In this document: in pieces, positions 8,910 to 21,792 of the stretch
Layout: each line of letters begins with the position of its first letter
How positions within the stretch are numbered: the first letter of the stretch is position 1
Assembly (NCBI GenBank): GCA_040901985.1
Contig: JBBDYC010000009.1
Location: 92,364-156,363, forward strand
DNA: 64,000 bases
Origin: Gemmatimonadaceae bacterium
Lineage (GTDB): Bacteria; Gemmatimonadota; Gemmatimonadetes; Gemmatimonadales; Gemmatimonadaceae
Direction: 5' to 3'
Program-made: the position numbers and the translations under genes
The notes under the pieces: generated by a model
Seen by the model: only the letters and a program-made list of their open reading frames with translations
What the model was told of the DNA's origin: nothing
The model's database searches: none

Positions 8910-9449
8910 ATGGGTATGGCCGCCGCATCGCACGTCTGGACTCGCGCCGAGCTTCTGGAACTCCCCGACGACGGGAACCGCTACGAGGTCCTCGACGGGC
9001 AGCTCCTTGTGACGCCGCTCCCCAGCGCGCGCCACCAGGTGGCTCACGGTCGCTTGTTTGTCGAGATTGGGGCCTACTGCCACCGCCACTCGCTGGGCGT
9101 GGCCGTCACGCCCGGTCCCGTCCCGCACGGGAAGAGTGAACTGCAGCCGGACATCGCGGTGTACCTCGGGGTTCCGCGTACGGCCGAACTCGTTTGGGAT
9201 AGCTTCCCTCGAGCGGCACTTGTTGTAGAGGTCCTATCGCCTTCCACGCGCCGTCGTGATCTCGGAGTGAAACGCGCCGCGTACCTCAAATGGGGGATCC
9301 CCGAGTACTGGATTGTGGACACGGATCGCCGGACCATCACCGTGGTGCGGTCGAATCGCGCGGATGAAGTGGTCACCAATAGTCTGCACTGGCAGCCGCT
9401 GCCGGAGCTACCTGCACTGGCGATCGCACTGAGTGAGGTGTTTCTCTAG
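8910..9449 (+). CDS. Uma2 family endonuclease (copy 3)
   Basis: PDDGNRYEVLDG, QPDI, VVEVLSPS, EYWIVD; GAGGAGG RBS. Confidence 0.9.
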   Translation: MGMAAASHVWTRAELLELPDDGNRYEVLDGQLLVTPLPSARHQVAHGRLFVEIGAYCHRHSLGVAVTPGPVPHGKSELQPDIAVYLGVPRTAELVWDSFPRAALVVEVLSPSTRRRDLGVKRAAYLKWGIPEYWIVDTDRRTITVVRSNRADEVVTNSLHWQPLPELPALAIALSEVFL

Positions 9450-9484
9450 TTCCGCTGGTTCCGCAACACAATCCCCATTAGCCT

Positions 9485-10029
9485 ATGCATATGGCCACTG
9501 CCAGCCGCCCGTGGACCAGGAAGGACCTCGAACGACTCCCTGACGACGGGAATCGGTATGAGGTGCTGGATGGGGCGTTACTCGTGACGCCGCTGGCGGA
9601 CGCACGCCACCAAGGCACCGCTACGGACCTTACGATTCGGCTGGGATCGTACGCCGCCAACTACGGGATTGGCCGTGTATACTCGCCAGGCGCCATCCCG
9701 CACGGAACCAGCGAACTACAGCCCGACCTCCTCATTGTGCTGACTGCGGCCATCCCCGCATCCGGCAAGTGGGAGAATCTCCCGACGCCCGCCCTCGTCG
9801 TTGAGATCCTATCTCCATCAATGCGCCGCCGCGATCTCTTCCTCAAGCGCGAGGCGTATCTCCGCTGGGGCATCCCGGAGTACTGGATCGTGGACGTGGA
9901 CGAGCGCCACGTCACCATCGTGCGCGCCGGACACAGTGACGAGACAGTCACCGACACGTTGCACTGGCAGCCGCAACCTGAGGTGCCCGCGCTCGTGATC
10001 AAGTTGGACGAACTGTTTCCTAAGAGCCG

Positions 10030-10033
<4 letters not shown>
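9485..10033 (+). CDS. Uma2 family endonuclease (copy 4)
   Basis: PDDGNRYEVLDG, QPDL, VVEILSPS, EYWIVD; stop overlaps the alaS stop. Confidence 0.9.
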
Positions 10034-12756
<2,723 letters not shown>

Positions 12757-13012
12757 ATCGATGTAAGATAAGCATTTGCGGGAGAAAGCGACAACGCGGC
12801 CGATATCCCGTTAGCGGTGTATCTGGGCGGTGGCCCTGGTCGTCCTGCCCTTGCCGGTGAGAGTCCCAAGCTTCGGGGTGACCCCCCTCACTGCGCTACG
12901 AAGCCGCGCCTTTTAAGTATCCCTCCCGAGCGTCGCGGCACAGTCTGCCAGTAGCGCGTCAGCAGCAAAGTACCGAGATTTAGCTCCCTTTCCCTCTCAA
13001 TCAGCCCTGACG

Positions 13013-14590
13013 GTGCTACCGCAGATTCTCTCGCCAACCGAAGTACTCGTCCAACATCTGGCAGCGTTGCTGCTCGGGTTCGGGCTGACGGCGGGGGCAA
13101 TCCCCTGGATCATCCGCTTCTCGCTCAAGTACCACCTGCTCGACGAGCCGGATGGAGATCGTCGCATACACACCGTAGCGGTCCCGCGTCTGGGAGGCGT
13201 GGCGCTCTTCGCCGGCACCGCGGTCACGGCCGCGCTGTTGATGCTCTACGCCTACAGCCGCGGCGTCCTCGCGGTACCCTATCCGCGACTGCTGCCGGGT
13301 ATCGTTCTCGGCGCGGCCATCGTTTTCATCACCGGGATCTTCGACGACTTGAGGGGCGTGCCTCCCCGGGCCAAGCTCGCCGCGCAGACGCTGGCCGCGC
13401 TCGCGGTCGTCGCCTACGGCTTCCAGATTGACACGCTCGCCCTCTCGCCGACGTCCGCGGTGGTGTCGCTTGGGATCCTGTCCATCCCCATCACGCTCCT
13501 CTGGATCGTGGGGATGACCAATGCGTTCAACCTGATTGATGGGATTGACGGGTTGGCCGGGACGGTGGCGATGATTGCCATCGTGACCTCGATGGGCGTG
13601 GACCTCTACCTGCACGACTACCGGTCGCTCTTCATCTCGACGGCGATGCTGGGCGCCCTGTTCGGGTTCCTCCGGTACAACAACAGCCCGGCACGGATCT
13701 TCCTCGGCGACTCGGGTTCGATGACGATCGGATTCTTCCTCTCGATCCGGGTCGTGATCAGCGCGACGACGGCGGACGGCAGGCTCTACGTCCTCGTCCC
13801 AATCTTCGCCCTCGCCTTCCCGCTCCTCGACACGGCCATCGCCATCGCGCGCCGCTGGCTTCGCGGCCACCCCTTCTCGCGCGCCGATGGACGGCATATC
13901 CACCATCAGGTGCTCGCGCTCGGACTCGGCACGCGACAGACGGTGAACATCCTCGGATTCTTCTTCGCCGGCGTCGCGGCGCTCGGACTCTCGGTCTCGT
14001 TTGCGCCGCCTGAGTTCACGCTGGCGTTTATGGTCGCCGCCGCTGCCCTGCTTTTTGCCTCGTTCTTCTACGGCAGCCGGTGGCTACAGTACGAGGAGTT
14101 CGCCGAGCTGGGGAACAGCATTGCGTCGGTGGTGCGGAACGCGCGGGTGGTCGTGCGAGAAAAAATCCTCGCGAACGAGATTGCCGCGCAAATCCGCAAT
14201 GCCAAGACGCTCGACGAGGTGCGGATCCTGCTCGGCACGCTCGTGGACGACGTGCGCGTCCTCGACGTGGAACTCATCGCCGGCGACGTGCACGTGCACG
14301 GCCCCGAGCGCCAACAGATTTCACCGGTGGATCAGCTCCCGGTGCGCTTGGACTACCCCTTTGCCTGGCACACCGAGGGCGGCGTCCGCGAAGTGATCCT
14401 GCGCCTTTGGAGCGCCCGGCCACGGCCGGGCGGTCACCCCGCCACGGAACGAGTCGCGACCCGCATCGGCCCCGCGCTCGAGGATTGGTTCCAGCGCAAC
14501 AGTGGCGAGGCCACGCCCGTGTTTGGGATCGAGGCGGTGCCGCAGGCGCGCCGGACGCCCAAGCCGTTCTTCAAGCGGTCGGACGGCTAG
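13013..14590 (+). CDS. MraY/WecA-family undecaprenyl-phosphate GlcNAc-1-phosphate transferase with a C-terminal extension
   Basis: RRIHTVAVPRLGG, GIFDD, NAFNLIDGIDGL, FLGDSG, ADGRHIHH; multiple TM segments. Confidence 0.9.
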   Translation: MLPQILSPTEVLVQHLAALLLGFGLTAGAIPWIIRFSLKYHLLDEPDGDRRIHTVAVPRLGGVALFAGTAVTAALLMLYAYSRGVLAVPYPRLLPGIVLGAAIVFITGIFDDLRGVPPRAKLAAQTLAALAVVAYGFQIDTLALSPTSAVVSLGILSIPITLLWIVGMTNAFNLIDGIDGLAGTVAMIAIVTSMGVDLYLHDYRSLFISTAMLGALFGFLRYNNSPARIFLGDSGSMTIGFFLSIRVVISATTADGRLYVLVPIFALAFPLLDTAIAIARRWLRGHPFSRADGRHIHHQVLALGLGTRQTVNILGFFFAGVAALGLSVSFAPPEFTLAFMVAAAALLFASFFYGSRWLQYEEFAELGNSIASVVRNARVVVREKILANEIAAQIRNAKTLDEVRILLGTLVDDVRVLDVELIAGDVHVHGPERQQISPVDQLPVRLDYPFAWHTEGGVREVILRLWSARPRPGGHPATERVATRIGPALEDWFQRNSGEATPVFGIEAVPQARRTPKPFFKRSDG

Positions 14591-14597
14591 GGAGCGG

Positions 14598-15395
14598 CTA
14601 CGGCATCCGCCCCAACGAAACCCGGTACGCAAACCTCTCACCCGAATCATTCAGCGACCCCACCTTGATCAGCACCCGCTCCCCGGCCTTCACGTCCACG
14701 GTGAGCGACTCATTCCCCGCATTCCCGCGCAGGTCCTGATCCGACCGCGCCGCCGGCTCGTCCAGCGCGTCATTGACGAACGCCTCGAGCACGATGTCCC
14801 CCTCCGTCTCGTCCTCCACCCGCGTGATCACGATCAGCGTCATCGCCTCGGTCGCCGTGATCGCGTACCAGTCCGCGAGGTCCCCGGCGTCGGGATCCAG
14901 CTGGTCGTCCTGCGCCGCGCCGACGGCAATCGCCCGCGCCGTGCCCGGACGCCCGTCGGGATCCGCGGCGACCGCGAACTCAGGCATCGGCGCAAAGGTC
15001 GCCACCACCCGGAAGGCCACCCCCCCGGACTGCCCATTGGTCCGGACCTCGACGCCGTAGCGACCCGCCCGCGGCACCACGACCGCGAGGTACTCCGACC
15101 CCACCTCGCCGCGAAGGTCGCGGTCGGCGGTCCCGTCCCGGAGCTCCTGCCCATCCTCGTCCGTCACCGCCAGCGTGAGGTCCGCCCCGCCGCTCGCCGC
15201 GACGGTCAGCACCCCCGCCGCATCGGTCGAGACGCGGTACTTCACGGCCTGCCCACGCGGCCCGGTCACGCCCGAGGTCGGGGCATTGAAGGCCAGCGTG
15301 GGCGCCTGGGCGCCAAGCAGGCCGGGCAACACGAGGGCGGCGAGTAGCACCACGAACAGCGTGACGATCACGGCGCGAGAGGACGGACGACGCAT
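14598..15395 (-). CDS. Secreted protein with two PPC-like beta-sandwich domains
   Basis: Signal peptide MRRPSSRAVIVTLFVVLLAALV; repeated ADL.L...D..G.E and DWYAI patterns. Confidence 0.6.
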   Translation of the reverse strand: MRRPSSRAVIVTLFVVLLAALVLPGLLGAQAPTLAFNAPTSGVTGPRGQAVKYRVSTDAAGVLTVAASGGADLTLAVTDEDGQELRDGTADRDLRGEVGSEYLAVVVPRAGRYGVEVRTNGQSGGVAFRVVATFAPMPEFAVAADPDGRPGTARAIAVGAAQDDQLDPDAGDLADWYAITATEAMTLIVITRVEDETEGDIVLEAFVNDALDEPAARSDQDLRGNAGNESLTVDVKAGERVLIKVGSLNDSGERFAYRVSLGRMP

Positions 15396-15563
15396 ACGGT
15401 CTCCAGGTGGGTTGGGGGACGGGGAAAACTGCCCCGGCCAGGGCCGCGGCGGTAGGCGGGTCGGCGCTTGCCAAGGAAAGGCGTAGGAACGGCGCTCGGC
15501 GCAATTGCTCGGTGCGGCTCCAAGCCCCGTGGAGGGCAAGGTTGACCTGAGTTCGCAGATCCC

Positions 15564-15592
15564 TTGCCTTATGGTACCGCATTTGGTACCAT
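15564..15592 (+). promoter_or_regulatory. hicAB promoter with an overlapping palindromic operator
   Basis: TTGCCT-17 bp-TACCAT; perfect inverted repeat ATGGTACC-gcattt-GGTACCAT at 15571-15592. Confidence 0.65.
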
Positions 15593-15628
15593 TGGAGACC
15601 GACTATCATCACCACGCCTTGCGACGCA

Positions 15629-15859
15629 TTGCTGGCACGCGCGCGACGGAATCCGAGTGGACTCCGCTTCAGCGAGGTGTGCACGTTGGCGGAGTGTTTT
15701 GGTTGGACTTTTGATCGGTCAAGCGGCAGTCACCACATCTACAAGCGACTCGGCGACAGGCGCTTGATGAACTTCCAGGAGGTCCGCGGAATGGCCAAGC
15801 CCTATCAAGTGCGCCAGCTGCTTCGGGCGATTGATCTTCTGGACGACCCGGCCAACTGA
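15629..15859 (+). CDS. hicA: HicA-family toxin (start uncertain)
   Basis: RNPSGLRFSEV...GSHHIY...AKPYQVRQLL signature. Confidence 0.82.
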   Translation: MLARARRNPSGLRFSEVCTLAECFGWTFDRSSGSHHIYKRLGDRRLMNFQEVRGMAKPYQVRQLLRAIDLLDDPAN

Positions 15860-15861
15860 CG

Positions 15862-16233
15862 ATGGCACCCCCGAACTACAGCTTCCGTGTGCTCTGGAGC
15901 GCCGAGGACGACGCCTACGTCGCGACGTCGCCCGAGTTCGCGGGCGTGTCGGGGATTGGAGACGATCCCGAGGCCGCGTTGACCGAGGCACGAGCCGCGC
16001 TCCGACTCGCAATCAAGAGCTACCAGTCGTCGCGTTGGGCGCTGCCTGACCCAGAATCAGTCGGCGAGTACAGTGGGCAGTTCCGCCTGCGACTGCCGCG
16101 GGGCTTGCACGCACGCCTCGCCCAACGCGCATCAGACGAAGGCGTCTCGTTGAACGCGTATGTCTCGAGCCTACTCGCCGAGGCGGTCGGCGGAGCCGTG
16201 CCTCAGGGCATCCTGCCCAAGGAAAGGCGGTAA
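15862..16233 (+). CDS. hicB: HicB-family antitoxin
   Basis: WSAEDDAYVATSPEF...G...EAAL plus C-terminal YSGQFRLRLPRGLH...EGVSLNAYV RHH. Confidence 0.9.
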   Translation: MAPPNYSFRVLWSAEDDAYVATSPEFAGVSGIGDDPEAALTEARAALRLAIKSYQSSRWALPDPESVGEYSGQFRLRLPRGLHARLAQRASDEGVSLNAYVSSLLAEAVGGAVPQGILPKERR

Positions 16234-16292
16234 GCCGCCCGCCCACGCGTATCGCTCGATCACGCCGCCCGGCCGGGACCAGCTACCCTCCC

Positions 16293-16574
16293 GTGGACTT
16301 GTGCACCCCGACCCCTTACAGATTCAGCGAGGTCGTAAGGCGCGCGTTGGCGCACGAACCCCAGATCGTCGTCCGTGGCGGACGCGAGGAGGAGGCAGTG
16401 GTCGTCGTATCGAAGGCCAACTACGAGCGGCTCCCCGCCCCGCCGCTGCTGGTCGAGTTCCTGCGCCAATCCCCGCTCGCCCAAGCTGTCGCCGACGGCG
16501 CCTTTGGCGACCCGGCTACCGCCGAGCTCTTCCCACGCCCAGCCGACCCGGCGCGCGCCGTCGCATTCGACTGA
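16293..16574 (+). pseudogene. Orphan, possibly 5'-degenerate Phd/YefM antitoxin
   Basis: RFSEVVRRALAHEPQIVV.GG....AVVVVSK..YERL...LVEFLRQSPL; the usual N-terminal WQL..AK segment is missing; no toxin downstream. Confidence 0.6.
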
Positions 16575-16675
16575 CCGCGGGCAGCGTAGGGCCGAGCACG
16601 CCAGCCCCCAGCCGTCGCCCGTACGCCCGTAGGGGTTTTCCTGGCGCAATTGATGGCTTAGCGGTATCCTAACGG

Positions 16676-18781
16676 ATGGTCCTCCAGGAGCTCGTGCACA
16701 ACGCCGCCTTGCTGTTGGCGATCGTGCTGATCTTCGACGTGCGCGATCGTTGGGCCATCGGCGCGCTCAGCCGCCGGGGGACCTTGGTCCTCGACCTCGC
16801 CACGGGCGCCGCCGTGGGCGTCGCCGCGCTCCTCATTCTCTGGAGCGGCGTGCGCGTCGCGGCCGGCGGACTGGTGGACACCCGCTCCGTCCTCTTCTTC
16901 ATCTCCGGGCTCTACCTCGGCGCCGTCCCAACGCTCGTCGCCGCGGTGATGGGCATCCTCGGCCGCGTCTTCCTCGTCGGCGGCCCCGCCGCGGCGACCG
17001 GCGTCGCGGTCATCGTCACCTCGGCCGGGATTGGCCTCCTCTGGCGCAACTTCCGGCGCGAGCGGCTCACCGAGATCGCCTGGTACGAGTTCCTCACCGC
17101 CGGCGTGATCGTCAACGCCGTCCTCCTGCTCGACGTCTGGCTCTTCATCGGCCCTGCACGTGACACCGTCATCCCGCAGCTCGCGCCCGCCGCGCTCGTC
17201 GTCTTCCCGCTTCTCACGGTGGCCCTCGGACTGATCGCGGCGGCGCGCGCGCGGCGCGCGGTCGAGCACGCCACGACGCGGCTCGAGGCCGCCGCCCTCG
17301 ACGCCGCCGCCGACGCAACAGCCATCACGGACGTCAACGGCAACTTTATCTGGGTGAACCCGGCATTCACCCAACTCACCGGGTACAGGCCCGACGAGGC
17401 GATCGGCCGCAATCCGCGCGACCTCCAACGCTCGGGGGAGCAGGACCACGCCTTCTACGCGCAGATGTGGGCCACCCTCCTCGCGGGGAAGGTCTGGGCG
17501 GGCGAACTCACGAATCGGCGGAAGGACGGCACGGTCTACCTCGAGGAGCAGTCCATCACCCCCGTGATGGACGATAAGGGGACGGTCGCCCACTTCATCG
17601 CCTTCAAGCGCGACATCACGGCGCGGCGGCAGTTGGAGGCCCAGTACCGCCAGGCGCAGAAGATGGAGGGGATCGGCCGCCTCGCCGGCGGAATCGCCCA
17701 CGACCTCAACAACCTGCTGACGGTGATCAACGGCACCGTGGAACTCGCGCTCCCCTCGGCAAGGAACGACCCGGCGCTGCGCAACGACCTGATCGAGATT
17801 CACCGCGCCGGCGACCGCGCCGCCGCCCTCACCCGGCAGCTCCTCGCCTTCAGCCGGCGGCAGGTGATGCGCCCCGAGGTGCTCGACCTGAACGCGGTCA
17901 CCACCGAACTCCTCAAGATGTTGACCCGCGTGATCGGCGAGGACATCGTCGTCGAGACGGCGCTCGCCCCCGATCTCGGCAACATCCGCGCCGACGCCGG
18001 GCAGGTCGAACAGATCCTGATGAACCTCGCCGTGAACGCCCGCGACGCGATGCCGGAGGGCGGCACGCTGACCATCGCCACCGCCAACGTCGAGATTGAC
18101 GAGGAGTTCGCTGCGCGCCACGTGACGATGACACCCGGCCGCCACGTCCGCCTCACCGTCTCCGATACCGGGATCGGGATGGACGACGCGACGCAGGCGC
18201 GGATCTTCGAGCCATTCTTCACCACCAAGCGGGTGGGCAAGGGCACCGGCCTCGGCCTGTCCACGGTGTACGGCATCGTGAAGCAGAGCGGCGGAACCAT
18301 CTGGCTGTACAGCGAGGCCGGTCACGGGACGACGTTCAAGATCTACTTCCCGCAGGTGGACGACGCCGCGCGGGAGCGCCGCCCCGACACCGACCGCAGC
18401 ATTGTCGGCGGCAAGGAGACAATCCTCGTCGTGGAGGACGAGGACGCCATCCGCTTCGTCGCCGCCCGCGTCCTCGCGATGCAGGGGTACCGCGTGCTCA
18501 ACGCCGCCACCGGGACCGACGCCCTCGCCGTCGTCGCCGCCCAGGCCGAACGCGTGGACCTCCTCCTCACCGATATGGTGATGCCGGGAATGACCGGTCC
18601 CGAACTCGCCACCGCGATGGTGGCCAAGTACCCCGGCCTCAAGGTGATCTTCACCTCCGGCTACTCGGCCGACGCCGTGGCCCGGCAGTTCGGGATCTCC
18701 GAGGCCTCGCACTTCATCTCGAAACCCTACGGGCTGGCGGACCTCGCGCGCGAAGTGCGGCGCGCCCTCGACGGAGCGTGA
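16676..18781 (+). CDS. Hybrid sensor histidine kinase/response regulator (5TM-LYT-like, PAS, HisKA, HATPase, REC)
   Basis: TM N-terminus with [50 protein letters not shown]; receiver TDMVMP. Confidence 0.93.
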   Translation: MVLQELVHNAALLLAIVLIFDVRDRWAIGALSRRGTLVLDLATGAAVGVAALLILWSGVRVAAGGLVDTRSVLFFISGLYLGAVPTLVAAVMGILGRVFLVGGPAAATGVAVIVTSAGIGLLWRNFRRERLTEIAWYEFLTAGVIVNAVLLLDVWLFIGPARDTVIPQLAPAALVVFPLLTVALGLIAAARARRAVEHATTRLEAAALDAAADATAITDVNGNFIWVNPAFTQLTGYRPDEAIGRNPRDLQRSGEQDHAFYAQMWATLLAGKVWAGELTNRRKDGTVYLEEQSITPVMDDKGTVAHFIAFKRDITARRQLEAQYRQAQKMEGIGRLAGGIAHDLNNLLTVINGTVELALPSARNDPALRNDLIEIHRAGDRAAALTRQLLAFSRRQVMRPEVLDLNAVTTELLKMLTRVIGEDIVVETALAPDLGNIRADAGQVEQILMNLAVNARDAMPEGGTLTIATANVEIDEEFAARHVTMTPGRHVRLTVSDTGIGMDDATQARIFEPFFTTKRVGKGTGLGLSTVYGIVKQSGGTIWLYSEAGHGTTFKIYFPQVDDAARERRPDTDRSIVGGKETILVVEDEDAIRFVAARVLAMQGYRVLNAATGTDALAVVAAQAERVDLLLTDMVMPGMTGPELATAMVAKYPGLKVIFTSGYSADAVARQFGISEASHFISKPYGLADLAREVRRALDGA

Positions 18782-18873
18782 CCGGAAGGTGCGTCAACAG
18801 TTGACGCCCCCACTCCGTTATCCTTCGACGTTCGTTCGCGCCCGGCCCCATTCACGCCCTGGAGAGACGCCGC

Positions 18874-20121
18874 TTGCCGTCCTGCCCGACGTTCGTCCGC
18901 AGTCCGCTGGTCGCCGCTTTCGCCGCCGCACTCCTCGCCACCGCCGCCACCGCTCCCGCCCCCCTCGCCGCCCAAGAGCGCCCCGACCTGCCGAGTCTCG
19001 GCAACGGCGCCCGCGCCCTCGGACTCGGCTACGCGGTCACCGCGGTCGCCGACGACCTGAATGCGATTGGCTGGAACCCGGCCGGCCTGACCGCCATCAC
19101 GAGCGGGGAGTTTGCCCTCACCGCGCGACTGCTCGTGATGGGGGCCTCGGCGACGGTCAAGGACTTCAACCCGGACGTCTACCCCCAGTACGGCGGCGAG
19201 GGTGAGATCACCGGAGGGCTTGACCCGATTGAGTTCGTCGGGTTGGCCTTCCCCTTCACCATCGCCGGCCGCCGCGTCGTGCCGGCCGTCGCCTACCGCC
19301 GCCTCGCCGAGGGGATCCGGCCCGGCGAGTTCGAGACGTCACAGCGCCTCGCCAATGGGCGCTATTTCGGGTCCACCACCTACAAGACGACGGGCGGCGT
19401 CCGCGCAATCTCACCGAGCATCGGCATTGCGCTGCACGACCGCGTCCGCGTCGGGGCCACCGCCAACCTCCTGGGCGGGTCGAGCACGTACAGCATCCGC
19501 GGGCCCTACCCGTACCAGTACGCGATGCACGAGCGCGACTACGAGGGGCTCGCACTCGACGTCGGCACCCTGGTCACCGTCCGCGACGGCCTGACGCTCG
19601 GCCTGTACGCGACCCTGCCGCACGACCGCTCGTTCACGTTCGACAACGACACCACCGTGCGCGCCGTGACGCGCGCGGCGCCGCTGGCCCTCGCCCTGGG
19701 GATGGCGCTCGACCTCTCCAGGCGCGACCGCCTCAGCGCCGACATCCGGCACGCCCCCTGGTCCGCGGCCGCGTTCACCGACGACGCCAGCGGCGACAGC
19801 GTGGCCTCGCCGCTCGGCGTCAACGACGCCAGCTCGCTGCACATCGGCCTCGAGCGCGACGTGACGAACGACATCCGGACCTCGAAGGTGCGGCTCGGGC
19901 TCTTTGCCCGGCGGACCACCGCGGTGGACCTCAAGCGGAAGGCGATCAGCGGGCTCGGGGTCACCGGCGGGCAGAGTTGGTACTTTCCGTCGGTGAGGGT
20001 GGACGTGGGGCTCGCCTACCGGGCCAGCTCGCGCTGGGTGCGGTCGGAGGACTCGGCGTTCCGGCTGTCGCTGCGGAACCACGACTTTGCGCTTGCGGTG
20101 GGGCTGACGCGGCTGTTCTAG
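18874..20121 (+). CDS. Outer-membrane beta-barrel protein (FadL/PorV-like)
   Basis: Signal peptide; GNGARALGLG.A.TAVADD.NAIGWNPAGL N-terminal plug motif; C-terminal Phe. Confidence 0.75.
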   Translation: MPSCPTFVRSPLVAAFAAALLATAATAPAPLAAQERPDLPSLGNGARALGLGYAVTAVADDLNAIGWNPAGLTAITSGEFALTARLLVMGASATVKDFNPDVYPQYGGEGEITGGLDPIEFVGLAFPFTIAGRRVVPAVAYRRLAEGIRPGEFETSQRLANGRYFGSTTYKTTGGVRAISPSIGIALHDRVRVGATANLLGGSSTYSIRGPYPYQYAMHERDYEGLALDVGTLVTVRDGLTLGLYATLPHDRSFTFDNDTTVRAVTRAAPLALALGMALDLSRRDRLSADIRHAPWSAAAFTDDASGDSVASPLGVNDASSLHIGLERDVTNDIRTSKVRLGLFARRTTAVDLKRKAISGLGVTGGQSWYFPSVRVDVGLAYRASSRWVRSEDSAFRLSLRNHDFALAVGLTRLF

Positions 20122-20192
20122 CCGGGAACGCGGCGTAGGGCCTCCAGCTCGCGGAGCGACCGGCGTCAGGCGCCCTCGACCGCCTGGCGAAT
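20022..20192 (+). repeat. Direct repeat copy 1 (171 bp), left boundary of the island
   Basis: Matches 25531-25701 with 10 mismatches by manual alignment. Confidence 0.92.
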
Positions 20193-20416
20193 TGGAGTTC
20201 ACCCACCCTCGCGGACACCTCGATTAGCCCGCTCTACGCAACTCCTCCTCGTACTCCACCGGCGAGCGGAAGCCGAGCGACGAGTGCCGCCGCGCCACTT
20301 GGAGAAGGTCTCCCGCGAGATGCCGTGCCGTCGGATGAGTTCGCCGGTTTTCGCGCCTGCCCGGCCATCCTGCAGCATGCCGACAACTGTTCGTCGTTGC
20401 ATCGGGACTTCCGCAT
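20193..20416 (-). mobile_element. IS3-family remnant: terminal IR, orfB tail and frameshifted orfA start
   Basis: TGGAGTTCACCCACCCTCGCGGACAC IR-like end begins right after the repeat; minus strand MRKSRCNDEQ / GMLQDGRAGAKTGELIRRHGISRETFSKWR joined to RRHSSLGFRSPVEYE. Confidence 0.8.
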
Positions 20417-20519
20417 CGGTCCTCCGTGAGGACCGGCAAGATTTGCGGGATCAGGATGCGGGGGTCACGTCGCCAGCGGTGGCGAGCGTGCCGGCGGTTA
20501 CCGTCAATGAGCCTGAAAG

Positions 20520-20584
20520 CGTCGATAGGCGATGCGTATGACAACGCGCTCGCCGAGACGATCAACGGGCTGTACAAGGCCGAG
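20520..20584 (+). mobile_element. Second IS3-family integrase fragment (opposite strand)
   Basis: SIGDAYDNALAETINGLYKAE, the catalytic-Glu region of IS3 transposases. Confidence 0.8.
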
Positions 20585-20607
20585 GGGCCGACGGCGGGAC
20601 CGAGACG

Positions 20608-20860
20608 GTGGACCCGTTGGAGTTCCTCGCCCGGGTGCTGGTGCACATCCCGGACAAGGGACAGGTCACCACGCGTTACTACGCCTGCTACGCCAACCGC
20701 CCCGCGGGATGCGCCGTCAGGCCGAGCCGGCCACCGCCGAGACGCCGCCCGCGATCGTCCCCGCGCCGGGAGGAGGCCACGCCGCCGCCCGTCCGACGGC
20801 GCTCGCGAAGCCGGCGATCCCGCCACATACTCAGGTGATTCCGATTGAAACTCCTATCCC
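20608..20860 (+). mobile_element. IS91-like (Y2 HUH) transposase C-terminal remnant
   Basis: DPLEFLARVLVHIPDKGQVTTRYYACYANR, then frameshifted GMRRQAE. Confidence 0.72.
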
Positions 20861-20933
20861 GATACGTGGAACGCCCCCCCGGCCGCACCACCCGGTTGGC
20901 CGCGGCCGGGGTACAGGGTACTTTCACTGAGTC

Positions 20934-21734
20934 ATGCCTCAACCAGTGCGGCCGACATCCCAGGGAGTCGGAATCGGCGAATGGGAACTCGACGGTTTCG
21001 CGGTCGTCGAGTCGCTCCATGCGCCTGGCATGGCGCTGACGCGCCATGAACACCGTTGGCCAACCATTTCTCTGGTCGTGGCCGGCGACTTCGCCGAGAT
21101 CTTCGCTGACGGGCCGCGATGGTGCGAACGCGGAACGGTTCTGATCAAGCCGGCCGGAGTTCCCCACTCCAATTGGTATGGACGCCAGGGCGCCCGGTGT
21201 CTGATCGCGGAAGTTCGGACCGCAGAGGATGTCGGGAGCCAAACCTGGCATGGCGCTGGCCGGGTGGTTCATTGCGTCCACGGGCCGCTCGCGCGCCTGG
21301 GCAGCCGCGTGGCGCGCGCGTTCTGCGAATGGGACGACCCGTCGCGAATGACGGTGGAGTGTATCCTGCGCGAGATCGCAGCGGGACCGGGGACGTACGG
21401 TTCCCGCGACTCGCTTTCAAGCATACAGCGCGCCATGGAGTACATGCACGCAGAGTTCAGAGGATCGCTGCTCCTGCGCGACGTGGCGGCCGCGGCCGGC
21501 GTGCACCCCACTTACCTGGCGCGCGCATTTCGACGGCACTTTGGCCGCACGCCAGGCGATTTGCTCCGTGAACTACGCGTGCACTGGGCGGCGCATCTCC
21601 TGGCCGAAAGCCCTATGAGCGTCTCGCAGATCGCGCTGGAAGCGGGGTTCACGGACCAGAGTCATCTGACCCGAGTATTCACGCGACGCCTCGGCCGCAC
21701 GCCGGCAAGGTACCGCCGGGATCGTCGAGGCTGA
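20934..21734 (+). CDS. AraC family transcriptional regulator
   Basis: Cupin HEH...H N-terminus; GVHPTYLARAFRRHFG...IALEAGFTDQSHLTRVF...TPARYR. Confidence 0.92.
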   Translation: MPQPVRPTSQGVGIGEWELDGFAVVESLHAPGMALTRHEHRWPTISLVVAGDFAEIFADGPRWCERGTVLIKPAGVPHSNWYGRQGARCLIAEVRTAEDVGSQTWHGAGRVVHCVHGPLARLGSRVARAFCEWDDPSRMTVECILREIAAGPGTYGSRDSLSSIQRAMEYMHAEFRGSLLLRDVAAAAGVHPTYLARAFRRHFGRTPGDLLRELRVHWAAHLLAESPMSVSQIALEAGFTDQSHLTRVFTRRLGRTPARYRRDRRG

Positions 21735-21792
21735 TCGCCTCCTGGTTGCTTCCGTACAAGAACCAGCGCTGCAAGTCTGCCAGATTGCAGCC

